Positions 50,034 to 60,268 of a stretch of DNA of 64,000 nt are shown one piece after another (within the stretch, counting starts at the first letter, position 1; the number at the start of each line of letters is the position of its first letter). Source of the stretch: Holosporales bacterium (GTDB taxonomy: Bacteria > Pseudomonadota > Alphaproteobacteria > Holosporales > CAZGKG01); NCBI GenBank assembly GCA_044361745.1, contig JBIKIF010000001.1, positions 160,557 to 224,556 on the forward strand, given 5' to 3'. Position numbers and translations under genes: made by a program. The notes beneath the pieces were generated by a model. It was given only the letters and a program-made list of their open reading frames with translations, did not search any database and was not told the DNA's origin.

Positions 50034-52001
50034 ATGACGTTAGATGTTTCGAGATGGCTTCGCAAGGCCCTTTTGAGTGTAACATTCTTGTCTGGATTGG
50101 GCCTTTGTGAAGGGGGGACTCTGTCAGAGACTTCTTTTTTAAAAAAGGTCATCCAAAACAAAAGCCCTGTCTCCAGTTTTCAAAGTGGGTCCCCTGTCCT
50201 GCGAGATCTCACATTCTGGTTGAACGCCCAGAAAGAATCGACCCCTCCTGTCTCGCTTCAAGAATTCCTTAGGTTTGTGAAGCGTCACCCCAACTGGTCA
50301 AATCTCGGACGCATGCAAACAAAGATTGAAGCTACTTTCCCCAAATTCCCCCCTGAGGCGGATGCTTTGATCGCCCTGTATTCTTTGCGAGCCCCCAGCT
50401 CTCTCACTGGAAAAACGTTTCATCTCAAGGCTCTGAAGGCGAGGGGGGGGGCGGCCAAAGCCTGCGAGGTGGCGCGCGGATATTGGGTAAACCCATCTCT
50501 TGTGGGGCGGGAGGCAGATCACTTTCTGTCTGTGGCCCAAGAATGCTTGTCTGCGGCAGATCACGAATCCCGCTTCCAAAAGCTTTTAATGGCTCAGGAT
50601 AGTATTGAGGCAGCTCGCATGGTTCCTTTGCTGCCTGAGGGGCTGCGCTTTCAAGCCCGGGAGGCGTTACGCTTGTTAGCCATGAATGGGAAGCCATCCG
50701 CCTCTTTCAAAAAACAGCCCCATGCCTGGGTTGTGTTTGCGACACTGGCAGCCCTGAAGAAGGCTAAAGACTATGAGGCCTATGCCCAGGTCTGTCTTCA
50801 ACTTCCAAAATTGGTTAAGCATCCTGAAGATTTTGTGAAAATGCGTGTGCTGGGAGCGCGGGAATTTTTAGAGAGAGGAAACGTAGCGGATGCTTATCGT
50901 GTGGCGTCCGTCCATCAGTTGTCTTCTGGTAATGGGTATGCAGAGCTTGAGTGGCTTTCCGGTTGGATCGCCCTCTCTTTTCAAAAAAATCCCCAGAAAG
51001 CCCTGGCCCATTTTCAAAGATTTCAAAAAGCTGTGAAATCTCCTATTAGTGTGGCGCGGGGGTTCTATTGGTTGGGCCGATCGTACGCGGCCCTGGGACG
51101 CAAGGCGGAGGCCCAGCGGGAATATAAAAAAGGGGCGGCGCTTTCACTGACCTATTATGGACAGATGGCGTGTCATGAACTCGGGCTCTCGCCCTTTTCC
51201 CTGCTGAGGGATACACCCCGTGTGACCGAGAGGGAGCGGGCGGCTTTTGAGGCCCTGGACACCGTCAAGGCCATTCGATTCCTTGCGCCCTGTGGGCCGC
51301 AAGCCCATCTGTTTATTCTGCGACTTTTATGTTCCTTAGGAAGCCAAGTCCAAACCCCAAGTGCACAGCAACTCACGATTGAGCTGGCAGCTCAGGTCCA
51401 CCCGTATGTTGCGGTTGATTTGTCCCGTACCCTTTTGATTAGGTCACCCCATTTGCGCCTCCTCAAAGCAAGCTTTCCCCTCAAGCCTGTTCCTCCCCAG
51501 TGCTCGGAACTGGAAAAAGCGTTGGTTCTTGCGGTTTGCTACCGAGAGAGTCGTTTTAACCCAACGATTTTAGGGGCTGCGGGTGAGCTGGGTCTGATGC
51601 AGCTGATGCCCCAAACAGCGGTTGTGCAAGCGGAAGAGCTAGGGATCAAAGATCACAAACCTGAAAAGCTTTTAAATCTTTTGTACAATATGACTTTGGG
51701 GCGTCATTTTCTGCGAACCCACCTCACTGATTTTGGCGGCAATCTGTTTTTGGTTTTTTCTGCGTATAATGGAGGTCCAGGCGTTACGTCCCGTTGGCTT
51801 CAGACCTTTGGAGACCCACGCCATCCTCAATTTGGAGGGGGAGGGAAGAGCGCGCTCCACCGTCACATTGAATGGGTTGAAATGATTCCTTATGAAGGCG
51901 TCCGAGATTATATTCAAAGAGGGATTGAGGCCACAACGATTTACGCAGGTCGCCTGGGTCATTCGTCTCAGAAAGCTCGGTCTCATTTAGGAATTGATTA
52001 G
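50034..52001 (+). CDS. soluble lytic murein transglycosylase (Slt70-like)
   Basis: EWLSGWIAL, YWLGR, TYYGQ, RESRF, GLMQLMP, AYNGGPG, WVEMIPY. Confidence 0.9.
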   Translation: MTLDVSRWLRKALLSVTFLSGLGLCEGGTLSETSFLKKVIQNKSPVSSFQSGSPVLRDLTFWLNAQKESTPPVSLQEFLRFVKRHPNWSNLGRMQTKIEATFPKFPPEADALIALYSLRAPSSLTGKTFHLKALKARGGAAKACEVARGYWVNPSLVGREADHFLSVAQECLSAADHESRFQKLLMAQDSIEAARMVPLLPEGLRFQAREALRLLAMNGKPSASFKKQPHAWVVFATLAALKKAKDYEAYAQVCLQLPKLVKHPEDFVKMRVLGAREFLERGNVADAYRVASVHQLSSGNGYAELEWLSGWIALSFQKNPQKALAHFQRFQKAVKSPISVARGFYWLGRSYAALGRKAEAQREYKKGAALSLTYYGQMACHELGLSPFSLLRDTPRVTERERAAFEALDTVKAIRFLAPCGPQAHLFILRLLCSLGSQVQTPSAQQLTIELAAQVHPYVAVDLSRTLLIRSPHLRLLKASFPLKPVPPQCSELEKALVLAVCYRESRFNPTILGAAGELGLMQLMPQTAVVQAEELGIKDHKPEKLLNLLYNMTLGRHFLRTHLTDFGGNLFLVFSAYNGGPGVTSRWLQTFGDPRHPQFGGGGKSALHRHIEWVEMIPYEGVRDYIQRGIEATTIYAGRLGHSSQKARSHLGID

Positions 52002-52126
52002 CTGAAACCTGACGGGCGTCATCACGCGTCGGCTCCTGATCTCTCGATGCCCGTCCCTTCAGCCCCCGTAGCGGGTGTGAGGATCCAGCTATTTTTAAAA
52101 AAAACCAAAGCAAAATTTTGATTTTT

Positions 52127-52183
52127 GGTGAGGCTCTCCCCTCCTCAAAGACGCTGTCTTCTAGGCGATGAGGATTCTTAAGC
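52127..52183. repeat. short dispersed repeat, copy B
   Basis: similar to 27847-27902; abuts the IS1 remnant. Confidence 0.5.
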
Positions 52184-52186
52184 TGG

Positions 52187-52353
52187 ACCCTCCATCTGGC
52201 TTGATTTGGCAAATGGAATTTGATGAGATGGGGCACTTCATCGGCTCAAAAAAAACAAAAAATGGATCATCAAAGCGGTGGATCGTAGCACAGGGAGAAC
52301 TGTTGCCTGGGTTATCGGTCATCGTGATGCTGCAACCGTCCAGAAGTCCTACC
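52187..52353 (+). pseudogene. IS1-family transposase internal fragment
   Basis: MEFDEMGHFIGSKK, A8C slippery run 52248-52256, then KWIIKAVDRSTGRTVAWVIGHRDAAT in the shifted frame; both ends missing. Confidence 0.85.
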
Positions 52354-52571
52354 TTTATGGCGCTATCAAACTTTGGGTTGCGCTAACAGCGCCAGAGATC
52401 TTCTCTCAGTCTCAAGAAACTCTTGCATCTCTCTTGAGATGAAAACTCTCTAACTTTCTTTGGGGCGTGCGTGGGGAGCTCAATTCAGACAAAGAACATT
52501 CCCCGTGGAGCGACTCTTTCCATCGGAAATCCTCCAAAAGCAACTCTTCACGCAAAAGCCAACGAGAAACC

Positions 52572-53111
52572 TCAACCCTCTTCTGACCAAGACTCCCAGA
52601 AAAAGCGAGATTCGGCCGGGGAGCGTTTACGCTCCACGAGCTGAGGATTGTCCTTTTCGTATCCCAGGGCCATGACGGCCATGATATGGTACTGATCTGA
52701 GATCCCAAACAACCCCCGGATAGCGTCCGGGGAAAAGCCCCCCATGGGGTGAACCAAGACATTGAGGGCGGTTCCTTGGAGCATCATGTTTTCCGCGGCC
52801 GCCCCGGTGTCGTAAGTCGCCCAGAAATTGTCTTCTTGATTGCGTGTCCATTGACGTTTGGCCATCACAATCACCAAGACGGGTGCGTTTGCGGCCCAGA
52901 CTCGATTGGGCTCTGCCAGAGTTCCCAGCACATCTGCGTGCAGGTTGGGGGAGACCCGTTGACGGACCATCAGAAAACGCCAAGGTTCCTCCCCATAACA
53001 ACTGGGAGCCCAGCGCGCCGCTTCCACCATTTGCATCAGAACATCGTCCGGAAGATCTCGGTCTCCGTTGTATTCCCGACCACTGTGGCGTTTTTGAAAG
53101 AGTTCGTTCAT
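52572..53111 (-). CDS. nitroreductase family protein
   Basis: RHSGR, EAARWAPSC..EPWRF, YDTGAA, HPMGGF. Confidence 0.92.
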   Translation of the reverse strand: MNELFQKRHSGREYNGDRDLPDDVLMQMVEAARWAPSCYGEEPWRFLMVRQRVSPNLHADVLGTLAEPNRVWAANAPVLVIVMAKRQWTRNQEDNFWATYDTGAAAENMMLQGTALNVLVHPMGGFSPDAIRGLFGISDQYHIMAVMALGYEKDNPQLVERKRSPAESRFFWESWSEEG

Positions 53112-54076
53112 GAAGTCTCCACTTTTTTTATCAGAACAGGTTCGATATCTGCACTCGAAAGAGTCCCCTTTTTACAGGATAATTCCGCCAGCACAAGATG
53201 AGAAATGGCCTCCATCAGTTGCGCAGAAGACCACAGGCGAACGTGGGCTTTAAACAGGGGCAGGTGTTTGAAAAAAATGGGGGCGTCTAACAGACCGAGC
53301 GCCGTCTCAAGGGATGCCCCTTCATCAAGGGAAGCCCGCACTTGGAGAAGGGCCATGAAGTGTCGCAAGGCCCCCCGCAAATCCAAAAGGGGCTCGCCCC
53401 CGTTTGTAAGCCATTCGTAGGCCTGCAAAGAATTGCGCCCCGAGAGGGCGTACGCCAGGCTTTCATTGAGGTTTGCATGGGGAGGCAGGGCATCCGCCAC
53501 ATCGTCTGCTGTCAAAGGGGTCGGCCCTTGGAGAAGCTTGAGCTTCAGCAAAAGCTGAGACGTCTCTTCGATTTTGAAACGCTGGCCGATCATTTTCAGC
53601 GCGTCTGGGAGAAAGGTCAGCCCCTTCGCGCGCGCCCGTTTTTGGAAGTAGGCTAAGAGAGCCCCCCCTTCTAAGGGATAGGCAGGAATCCCCCAAATGC
53701 GGGGGCTCTTAAGGGAGGCCTGCACCAAAGCAGACGTGGTTCGCAGCTTCAGAGAGGTCACGATGAGGGTGTTTTTGCCCACCTGTTCCAGGAGCGCGAC
53801 ATAGGTTTTGGCATTTTTCTCAGAGAACTCACTGATCAGGAAAAAGGAATGGGCGTCAGGGTCTGAGAATAAGTCAGGAGCCAGGTGAGCCTCTGGGTTC
53901 TCGAGAAATCCAGATTCTGGGAGGCGCTTGAAAGGACAGCCGGCCTCCTCAAGGGCATCAGAGATTTCATCCACAAGCGCCTGAATCAGCCCCTCATCAT
54001 TGCCATACATGAGAATCAGGGCTGGGGGAGTTTTCAGGAGACCCTGGGCATCCAAACGGGTCGGCTCAATTTTAAT
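53108..54076 (-). CDS. holA: DNA polymerase III delta subunit
   Basis: LMYGNDEGL, DLF, PIFFK; leuS-lptE-holA synteny; start placed at ATT 54076 (alternative TTG 54160). Confidence 0.82.
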   Translation of the reverse strand: MKIEPTRLDAQGLLKTPPALILMYGNDEGLIQALVDEISDALEEAGCPFKRLPESGFLENPEAHLAPDLFSDPDAHSFFLISEFSEKNAKTYVALLEQVGKNTLIVTSLKLRTTSALVQASLKSPRIWGIPAYPLEGGALLAYFQKRARAKGLTFLPDALKMIGQRFKIEETSQLLLKLKLLQGPTPLTADDVADALPPHANLNESLAYALSGRNSLQAYEWLTNGGEPLLDLRGALRHFMALLQVRASLDEGASLETALGLLDAPIFFKHLPLFKAHVRLWSSAQLMEAISHLVLAELSCKKGTLSSADIEPVLIKKVETS

Positions 54077-54626
54077 GGCGGACCTCCTTGGCAGGGATGT
54101 CTTGGATTTTTGAAAAAAATTGCGCCAAATCGAGGAGCAAATTTTGGGCGATAATCTCAAGACTTTCCCTCTCTGCCGCTTCTCCAGAGATCGTATTGCT
54201 GTAAAATCCCCCAGGCATATAGGTATAGGAACTATGGGCCAGCAAGGTATTTTTGAGAAGGGTTTTCCGGTTGTCTTGGGCTTTTAATGTATATTGCGCC
54301 TCCATGGACAAACGCACCCGATTGCTGGTCGCTTGGTGGGTGAGGCCCACTGCGGACTGGGTTTTTTTGAGCTTCACGAAGAGCCGGTATTTGGGTTTCT
54401 CACATCCCTCAGGAGTCAGCATTTTTGTCAACGCAATCCTGAGGTATTGACCGGAATAATCCGAAATGTTTTCAACAGCAACCGATTTGAGTTGGTCTTG
54501 GACGCCTCCTGGATATGAGGTCAGAAGGGGCGTACATCCGCTGATCCCAAACCCTAAAAGACCCCCAAGAGCCATTGCGCCCACACCCTTGAGGACAGCG
54601 TTTCTGAAATGGTTGGTTTGAATCAC
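54072..54626 (-). CDS. lptE: LPS assembly lipoprotein LptE
   Basis: lipobox ISGC-TPL; between leuS and holA; start uncertain. Confidence 0.78.
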   Translation of the reverse strand: MIQTNHFRNAVLKGVGAMALGGLLGFGISGCTPLLTSYPGGVQDQLKSVAVENISDYSGQYLRIALTKMLTPEGCEKPKYRLFVKLKKTQSAVGLTHQATSNRVRLSMEAQYTLKAQDNRKTLLKNTLLAHSSYTYMPGGFYSNTISGEAAERESLEIIAQNLLLDLAQFFSKIQDIPAKEVRH

Positions 54627-54636
54627 GCTTGGGCCC

Positions 54637-57210
54637 CTATAAAACCACATTGATAATACGGTGAGGTACCACAATGATTTGCCGAGGAGAACGCCCTGCA
54701 AGCAGAGCCTGCACCGAAGGGAGGGCCAGGACAATCCCCTTGATTTCATCCTCAGAACAATCTTTTGGCACCGTAATCTCGTCCCGCCTTTTCCCATTCA
54801 CCTGCACAGGAAGGGTCAGGGTTGTCTCCACAAGGAAACGGGGGTCAGGCTCAGGCCACGGCGCAAGATGCACGGGACCAACGCCTCCAAGAAGCTCCCA
54901 GATTTCCTCTGCAATATGGGGAGCCGCAGGGGCGAGAAGACAGATGAACGAACGCCAAACGTGCCCCAGAACAGCACAATCTTCTGGGTCCGTGGGCTGG
55001 AATTTCTCTAGGGTGTTACTGAGTTCCCGCAGGCGGGCAATAAACTTGTTCAAATGGAAAGACTGAAGATCGGATTTGACATCTCGGATGGTCTGATGGA
55101 GACACCGGAGCAGACCCGTTTGCTCCGCGGAGAGGGCGCTTGGGAGAGGGCTCTGGAGCTGCATCTCAGGCAGATGGAGGTGGAGAAGGCGCCAGAGACG
55201 GTTCAGATAACGCCAACTGCCTTCCAGACCTTCGTCCGTCCACTCCACATCCTTTTCAGGTGGCGTGTCAGACAGCATGAACAAGCGGGCTGCATCGGCG
55301 CCATAAGACTGGACAATCGTATCCACCCCTACAAGGTTGCACTTGGATTTACTCATCTTTTCAGAGCGCCCCACCACCACCGGAGTTCCGTCTTTTTGGG
55401 TGACCCACTGGCCTGTCTCATTGAGGCGCACCTCTTGGGGGTACAGCCAATGCCCGCTTTGATCTTTAAAGGTTTTGTGACACAGCATCCCTTGAGTGAA
55501 GAGGGCTTTAAACGGCTCAACAGCCGGGATGGCGTATCCACAGGCCTTAAGCGCCCGCATGAAAAACCGTGAATAGAGCAGATGAAGGACCGCGTGCTCA
55601 ATGCCGCCGATATACTGTTGGACAGGCATCCAATAGGCCACCGCCTCCGGATCAAAGGCCGATTGCGAATGGGGGGAGCAGAACCTCAAGAAATACCAAG
55701 AGGACTCAAAAAAGGTATCGAGGGTATCCGTTTCCCTCTGGGCTGCATCGCCACATTGGGGGCAGGGAACGTGTTTCCAGGTGGGATGGCGATCGAGGGG
55801 ATTCCCGGCCCCTTCGAACGTGACGTCCTCAGGCAGCAGAACCGGAAGATCTGAGAGGGGGACCGGCACCACACCACAGGACGGGCAGTGAATCATCGGG
55901 ATCGGGCATCCCCAGTATCTTTGACGGGAAACCCCCCAGTCACGGAGGCGGTAGACCGTCTCCCGGGTCCCTGTTTTCAAGCGCTCAAGGGTCTCAATCA
56001 TGCGGGATTTGGCCTCCTGAACGGACAAGCCATTCAAGAAATCAGACGCTACTAACACACCATCCCCCGTATAAGGAAGGTCCACAGGTTTCCCGTCTTT
56101 GGGCGCCACGACGGGGAGAATCTCAAGGCCCAGACGCGTGGCCAGCTCATGATCCCGGTCGTCATGGGCTGGGCATCCAAACACCACCCCTGTGCCGTAA
56201 TCCATCAACACATAATTCGCGATCACGATGGGGAGTTTCTTTCCCGGAACCAAAGGATGAAGGGCAAAATGGCCGGTGAACACGCCGGTTTTCTCAGCGG
56301 TTTCAATAGCGACTGCGGAAGTTCCTCTCTTTTGACAGACCTCCTGAAAGACACGAATCTCAGGAGATGTCTGGGCCCAGAGATGGGCCAACGGATGGTC
56401 CGGAGACAGGGCCAAGAAAGAGGCCCCAAACAGAGTATCTGGACGGGTTGTGAAGACTTCCAGAGAGGGGTCTTCCCCATCCAGCTGGAACAAAACCCGG
56501 GCCCCTTCGGAGCGCCCAATCCAATTTTTCTGCATGACCCGCACTTGCTCTGGCCAAGCAGAAAGGGTCTCAAGATCATCCGTCAGGTCATCTGCAAACT
56601 GAGTAATCTTCAAAAACCACTGGGACAACAGACGTCTTTCCACAGGCGCGCCAGAGCGCCAGCCGCACCCGTCCACCACCTGCTCATTGGCAAGAACCGT
56701 GTGCTCCACCGGGTCCCAGTTCACAAAAGCTTCTTTCCGGTAGGCAAGGCCCTGTTTGTAAAAATCCAGGAACATCTTTTGTTCATGAGCATAATAATCC
56801 GGGGTACAGGAAAAAAGCTCCCGCGCCCAATCATAGGAAAGCCCGAGAAGGCGCAGCTCTCCCGCCATCTCAGCGGCATTTTTCTGGGTCCATTCCTGGG
56901 GATGGACATGGTGCTTAAAGGCGGCATTTTCTGCCGGCAGACCAAACGCGTCCCACCCCATAGGATGCAAAACGGAATACCCAAGGGCCCAATGGAAGCG
57001 GGCGAGGACGTCCGCAAGAACGTAATTCCGCCCATGGCCCATGTGGGGCTTTCCAGAGGGATAGGGGAACATTTCAAGAAGATAGAAGGGGGGTCGGGTG
57101 GACGGGCTGACGTGTCCCGACGGATCCATGCCTTGGGGCACAGAAAAAACCTGATCTTTCTCCCAACGGGCTTGCCACTTCGCTTCTGTTTCTTGAAAAT
57201 TGTAACGCAT
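54637..57210 (-). CDS. leuS: leucine--tRNA ligase
   Basis: [36 protein letters not shown]. Confidence 0.98.
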   Translation of the reverse strand: MRYNFQETEAKWQARWEKDQVFSVPQGMDPSGHVSPSTRPPFYLLEMFPYPSGKPHMGHGRNYVLADVLARFHWALGYSVLHPMGWDAFGLPAENAAFKHHVHPQEWTQKNAAEMAGELRLLGLSYDWARELFSCTPDYYAHEQKMFLDFYKQGLAYRKEAFVNWDPVEHTVLANEQVVDGCGWRSGAPVERRLLSQWFLKITQFADDLTDDLETLSAWPEQVRVMQKNWIGRSEGARVLFQLDGEDPSLEVFTTRPDTLFGASFLALSPDHPLAHLWAQTSPEIRVFQEVCQKRGTSAVAIETAEKTGVFTGHFALHPLVPGKKLPIVIANYVLMDYGTGVVFGCPAHDDRDHELATRLGLEILPVVAPKDGKPVDLPYTGDGVLVASDFLNGLSVQEAKSRMIETLERLKTGTRETVYRLRDWGVSRQRYWGCPIPMIHCPSCGVVPVPLSDLPVLLPEDVTFEGAGNPLDRHPTWKHVPCPQCGDAAQRETDTLDTFFESSWYFLRFCSPHSQSAFDPEAVAYWMPVQQYIGGIEHAVLHLLYSRFFMRALKACGYAIPAVEPFKALFTQGMLCHKTFKDQSGHWLYPQEVRLNETGQWVTQKDGTPVVVGRSEKMSKSKCNLVGVDTIVQSYGADAARLFMLSDTPPEKDVEWTDEGLEGSWRYLNRLWRLLHLHLPEMQLQSPLPSALSAEQTGLLRCLHQTIRDVKSDLQSFHLNKFIARLRELSNTLEKFQPTDPEDCAVLGHVWRSFICLLAPAAPHIAEEIWELLGGVGPVHLAPWPEPDPRFLVETTLTLPVQVNGKRRDEITVPKDCSEDEIKGIVLALPSVQALLAGRSPRQIIVVPHRIINVVL

Positions 57211-57213
57211 TGG

Positions 57214-57708
57214 TTACTCTCCTGTTTGCGCTTTCAGGGTGCGTGCATGAATAAGAATTTGATGTTCGATTTCTTCCGCGACGGTTTCTTGGGGCCGTGC
57301 GATTGTCTCCCAGCGGGATCCTTTTTTCTCTTCTTTCAAAACGGTGGCACGAATGCGGTCTGACCTGAGGCGTCCGGGGAACAGGGTCACAAGAACTTTA
57401 AAACGCTCCTGAGGCGTAGCTGGAGGGGTGTACCACTGGGTCTCCAAAAGACCGGATTTGATATCTGCTGTTTCCAGGCCCATGAATGACAAGCGATCTA
57501 AAGCGCTTTGCCAAAGATAAGAACTGATTTTGATTTTTTCCGCGCCTCCGTCTCCACCAAACGTCAGGAAACTGTCCCCAAAAAGCCTGCCACTGGATTG
57601 GGCGCGCCGCTCTTGGTCTGTCATGACCTCTTCTTCCGTGTGAGAGGAGTCTATCTGGGTGCAAGATGCACAAATCAAAAGGGCAAGAAGCAGATACAAA
57701 CGATTCAT
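57214..57708 (-). CDS. DUF3576 family lipoprotein
   Basis: lipobox CASC, YLWQSALD.LSFM, G.LETQWY, ERFKV; usual neighbour of leuS in Alphaproteobacteria. Confidence 0.85.
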   Translation of the reverse strand: MNRLYLLLALLICASCTQIDSSHTEEEVMTDQERRAQSSGRLFGDSFLTFGGDGGAEKIKISSYLWQSALDRLSFMGLETADIKSGLLETQWYTPPATPQERFKVLVTLFPGRLRSDRIRATVLKEEKKGSRWETIARPQETVAEEIEHQILIHARTLKAQTGE

Positions 57709-57756
57709 AGAAGATCCTTTCTGTCTCTCTCATTTGTCATCCAAACAGAGGAAGCG

Positions 57757-58809
57757 TCAAGCCTTAGAGTCGACTGGCCTGAGAGACCGGAGGGCTTGCA
57801 ATGTGGTCGCTCCCACGCACATCATGGCGATTTTGAGTTGATGAATGATCAGGGTGATGGCTTGATGGAGGGCCTCCTCAGACGTGTTCACTGCCCGCAG
57901 AAGAGGTCCAGCTGCCCCGAAAAGGTCAGCCCCTAAGGCCAATGCCTTGGCCCCATCAAGTCCGGAGAGAATCCCCCCACTGGCAATCAAGGGGTGGGTC
58001 CATCCGTTGTTTTCGAGAACCGTTCGGACCGCTTTGAGAGAGGTGACGGTGGGAATGCCCCACCCTCTGAAACTCTCCGCCAATTGTTTTTGGAGAGGAT
58101 CCGCGCAGCGATGGGCTTCCACTTGGCTCCAAGACGTTCCCCCAGCGCCCGCCACATCCAGGCCCCAGACCCCCACCTCCAGAAGGCGTTTCGCCACAGA
58201 GGAGGAGAGACCATACCCTACCTCTTTCACCAAGACAGGAACGGACAGAGAGCGGGTTAAGCTTTCAATTTTCGGTAAAAGTCCGCGCCAGTTGTGGTTG
58301 CCCTCCGGTTGCAGCAGTTCTTGCAGAACATTGAGGTGGAGCACAAGGGCGTCCGCCTGCACGAGATCCACCAAACGGGTACAATCGTCAGGCGTCACCC
58401 CTTCGTTTAACTGAACAGCCCCGATATTGGCCAAGAGTGGGACGCCATGGAGCTGATCCCTGACATAGAAGGTGGAGAGAAGATCTTGGTTCTCTAAGAG
58501 AGCGCGCATGGATCCTAAAGCAAAGGGAATTTTGAAAACGTTTGCTGCAGAGGCCAGACTTCGATTGATTCCCTCAGCGCGCTTGCTGCCCCCTGTCATG
58601 GCAGAAATCAAGAAAGGAGCCCCCAGGGTGTACCCAAGAAAAGAAGACTGGAGTGTCACATCCTCAAAAGCACATTCGGGCAACGCACAATGGGTCAGTT
58701 GAATGGAATCAAAACCGGACAGCTGATGAGACCTCACATCCTCTGAAAGATTGATCGTCAGGTGTGCATCTTTTCGAGAGGAGGTCACAAAGGAAGATGG
58801 CATAGACAT
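57757..58809 (-). CDS. fni: type 2 isopentenyl-diphosphate isomerase
   Basis: RKDAH, ISAMTGG, ANIGAVQL, HLNVLQE..QPEG, KEVGYG, AGAGGTSW, ASGG. Confidence 0.95.
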   Translation of the reverse strand: MSMPSSFVTSSRKDAHLTINLSEDVRSHQLSGFDSIQLTHCALPECAFEDVTLQSSFLGYTLGAPFLISAMTGGSKRAEGINRSLASAANVFKIPFALGSMRALLENQDLLSTFYVRDQLHGVPLLANIGAVQLNEGVTPDDCTRLVDLVQADALVLHLNVLQELLQPEGNHNWRGLLPKIESLTRSLSVPVLVKEVGYGLSSSVAKRLLEVGVWGLDVAGAGGTSWSQVEAHRCADPLQKQLAESFRGWGIPTVTSLKAVRTVLENNGWTHPLIASGGILSGLDGAKALALGADLFGAAGPLLRAVNTSEEALHQAITLIIHQLKIAMMCVGATTLQALRSLRPVDSKA

Positions 58810-58859
58810 GTCCTGACCTCAGAGCAACGGGCTCATTTCGCTGAATAAAGTCTTCAAAC

Positions 58860-58933
58860 TGGAGGCCGAGGCCGGAATCGAACCGGCATCCAAGGATTTG
58901 CAGTCCTCTGCATAACCACTCTGCCACCCGGCC
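58860..58933 (-). tRNA. tRNA-Cys(GCA)
   Basis: GGCCGGGTGGCAGAGTGGTTATGCAGAGGACT-GCA-AATCC..GGTTCGATTCCGGCCTCGGCCTCCA. Confidence 0.96.
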
Positions 58934-59005
58934 ACCATTCCTTTTCCTTAGCCTTTCTTGAGCAGAAGTGCAAGCCCTCAACACAGAATCCATGACAGAA
59001 TGTGT

Positions 59006-60268
59006 TTAGGTCACCTTCCTTTGTCCCACGAGGGCGAGGGCGGTCAGAGCGCTGAGTAGGCAAATATACCCGCCGGCTCCCCAAGGGTGACCGAAGGCTT
59101 GGATACAGAAGAGGAGGATCAGAGTTGTGTTGCGGCCCAGGAGACTGCTGCCGAGGACGCTTCCGATTCCAGGAAGGGCGTAGCGGGCGGGACCTTGAAA
59201 GAGACGGCTGACCCAAACGGCTTGAGCAATTCCAAAGAGAACCCCCCAAAAAACAAACCAAAAGCGAACGGACAGAATGTAGGGCAGGCTTGCGTTCTTC
59301 AGAAAACAGATCAACGGTCCCCCTGTTACTGCCAGAAGGCTGGCACAACAAAGCATGATGTTGGCAGGTTGATACCGTGAGAGGAGAGGAGAGAGAACGA
59401 GAGGTAAAGCCATATCAAAACTGAGAAAGACCATGTTGTTTGCGGTCATTTGTGTCAAAGAAATCCCTGTCACAAGGGGGACGTAGCTATTCATGAAGAC
59501 AAAAGGAACTGCGTAGGTCATATAGGAAAAGCTGCTGCACAGGGCGATGACCCCTAAAGTGCGCCACCGCCGGAGAGCTTCTCTGTGAAGGACTCCCGTC
59601 TTTTTGCCAAGGCTGATGTCTTGGGTTTGAAGCGGGAGCGTGTGACTGGGCAGCAGAAGAATCAGTCCGCACAAGAGGGCACCTATGAGAAAGGCAAAGC
59701 GCCAAACCTCTGGAAAAAAGGGGATGAGAAGGGTCACCATCATGACCGCCCCTGAGGCCAAGAGAGGGCCTAGAATGTCTGCACTTCCGTAAAGGCTCGC
59801 CCAAAAAAAAGAGGCGCGATTGTTTTTGTTTGAGAGCAACATCACGCCGCCAAGTCCCCGCATACCTGTCACAAAAAAATCAAGGATAATTCGGGCGCTG
59901 ACCATTCCCAGGGGGGCCAAGACGCCGATTGTCTGATGGGTGGGGAGGGCTGCAAAGAAGAGCATGGATACGGACACGCCTGCTAAGGAAATTTTGATAG
60001 AAAAATCTGGTGTTTTGCGGACAGAAAGCCAACTAAAGACGTACGTTCCAAGAGGGCGTGTGAGCATGCCGGTGGCAATGACGCCGTAGGTTAAAAAGAG
60101 TTGAACGACCGGGGCGTGATTGGGGAAAAAAAGAGGCCCCAAAAGGGGCGCAAGAAGGCCATAAAGAGCTGTATCATAATGATTCACCACTTGGGCAATG
60201 AGCAGAGAAAGGTCACGCTGGCGCAGGGACGAGGTGCTGAAAGAGTCCTGTGCCCCGTAAGCTGTCAT
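59006..60268 (-). CDS. MFS transporter (ProP/MHS-like)
   Basis: HYDTALYG, LFFP, TRPLG, LPTHQTIGVLAP, WRFAF; about 12 TM. Confidence 0.85.
   Translation of the reverse strand: MTAYGAQDSFSTSSLRQRDLSLLIAQVVNHYDTALYGLLAPLLGPLFFPNHAPVVQLFLTYGVIATGMLTRPLGTYVFSWLSVRKTPDFSIKISLAGVSVSMLFFAALPTHQTIGVLAPLGMVSARIILDFFVTGMRGLGGVMLLSNKNNRASFFWASLYGSADILGPLLASGAVMMVTLLIPFFPEVWRFAFLIGALLCGLILLLPSHTLPLQTQDISLGKKTGVLHREALRRWRTLGVIALCSSFSYMTYAVPFVFMNSYVPLVTGISLTQMTANNMVFLSFDMALPLVLSPLLSRYQPANIMLCCASLLAVTGGPLICFLKNASLPYILSVRFWFVFWGVLFGIAQAVWVSRLFQGPARYALPGIGSVLGSSLLGRNTTLILLFCIQAFGHPWGAGGYICLLSALTALALVGQRKVT

Noticed and set aside
56149-57363. 404-aa plus-strand ORF
   Set aside because: Antisense shadow of leuS with no recognisable motifs.
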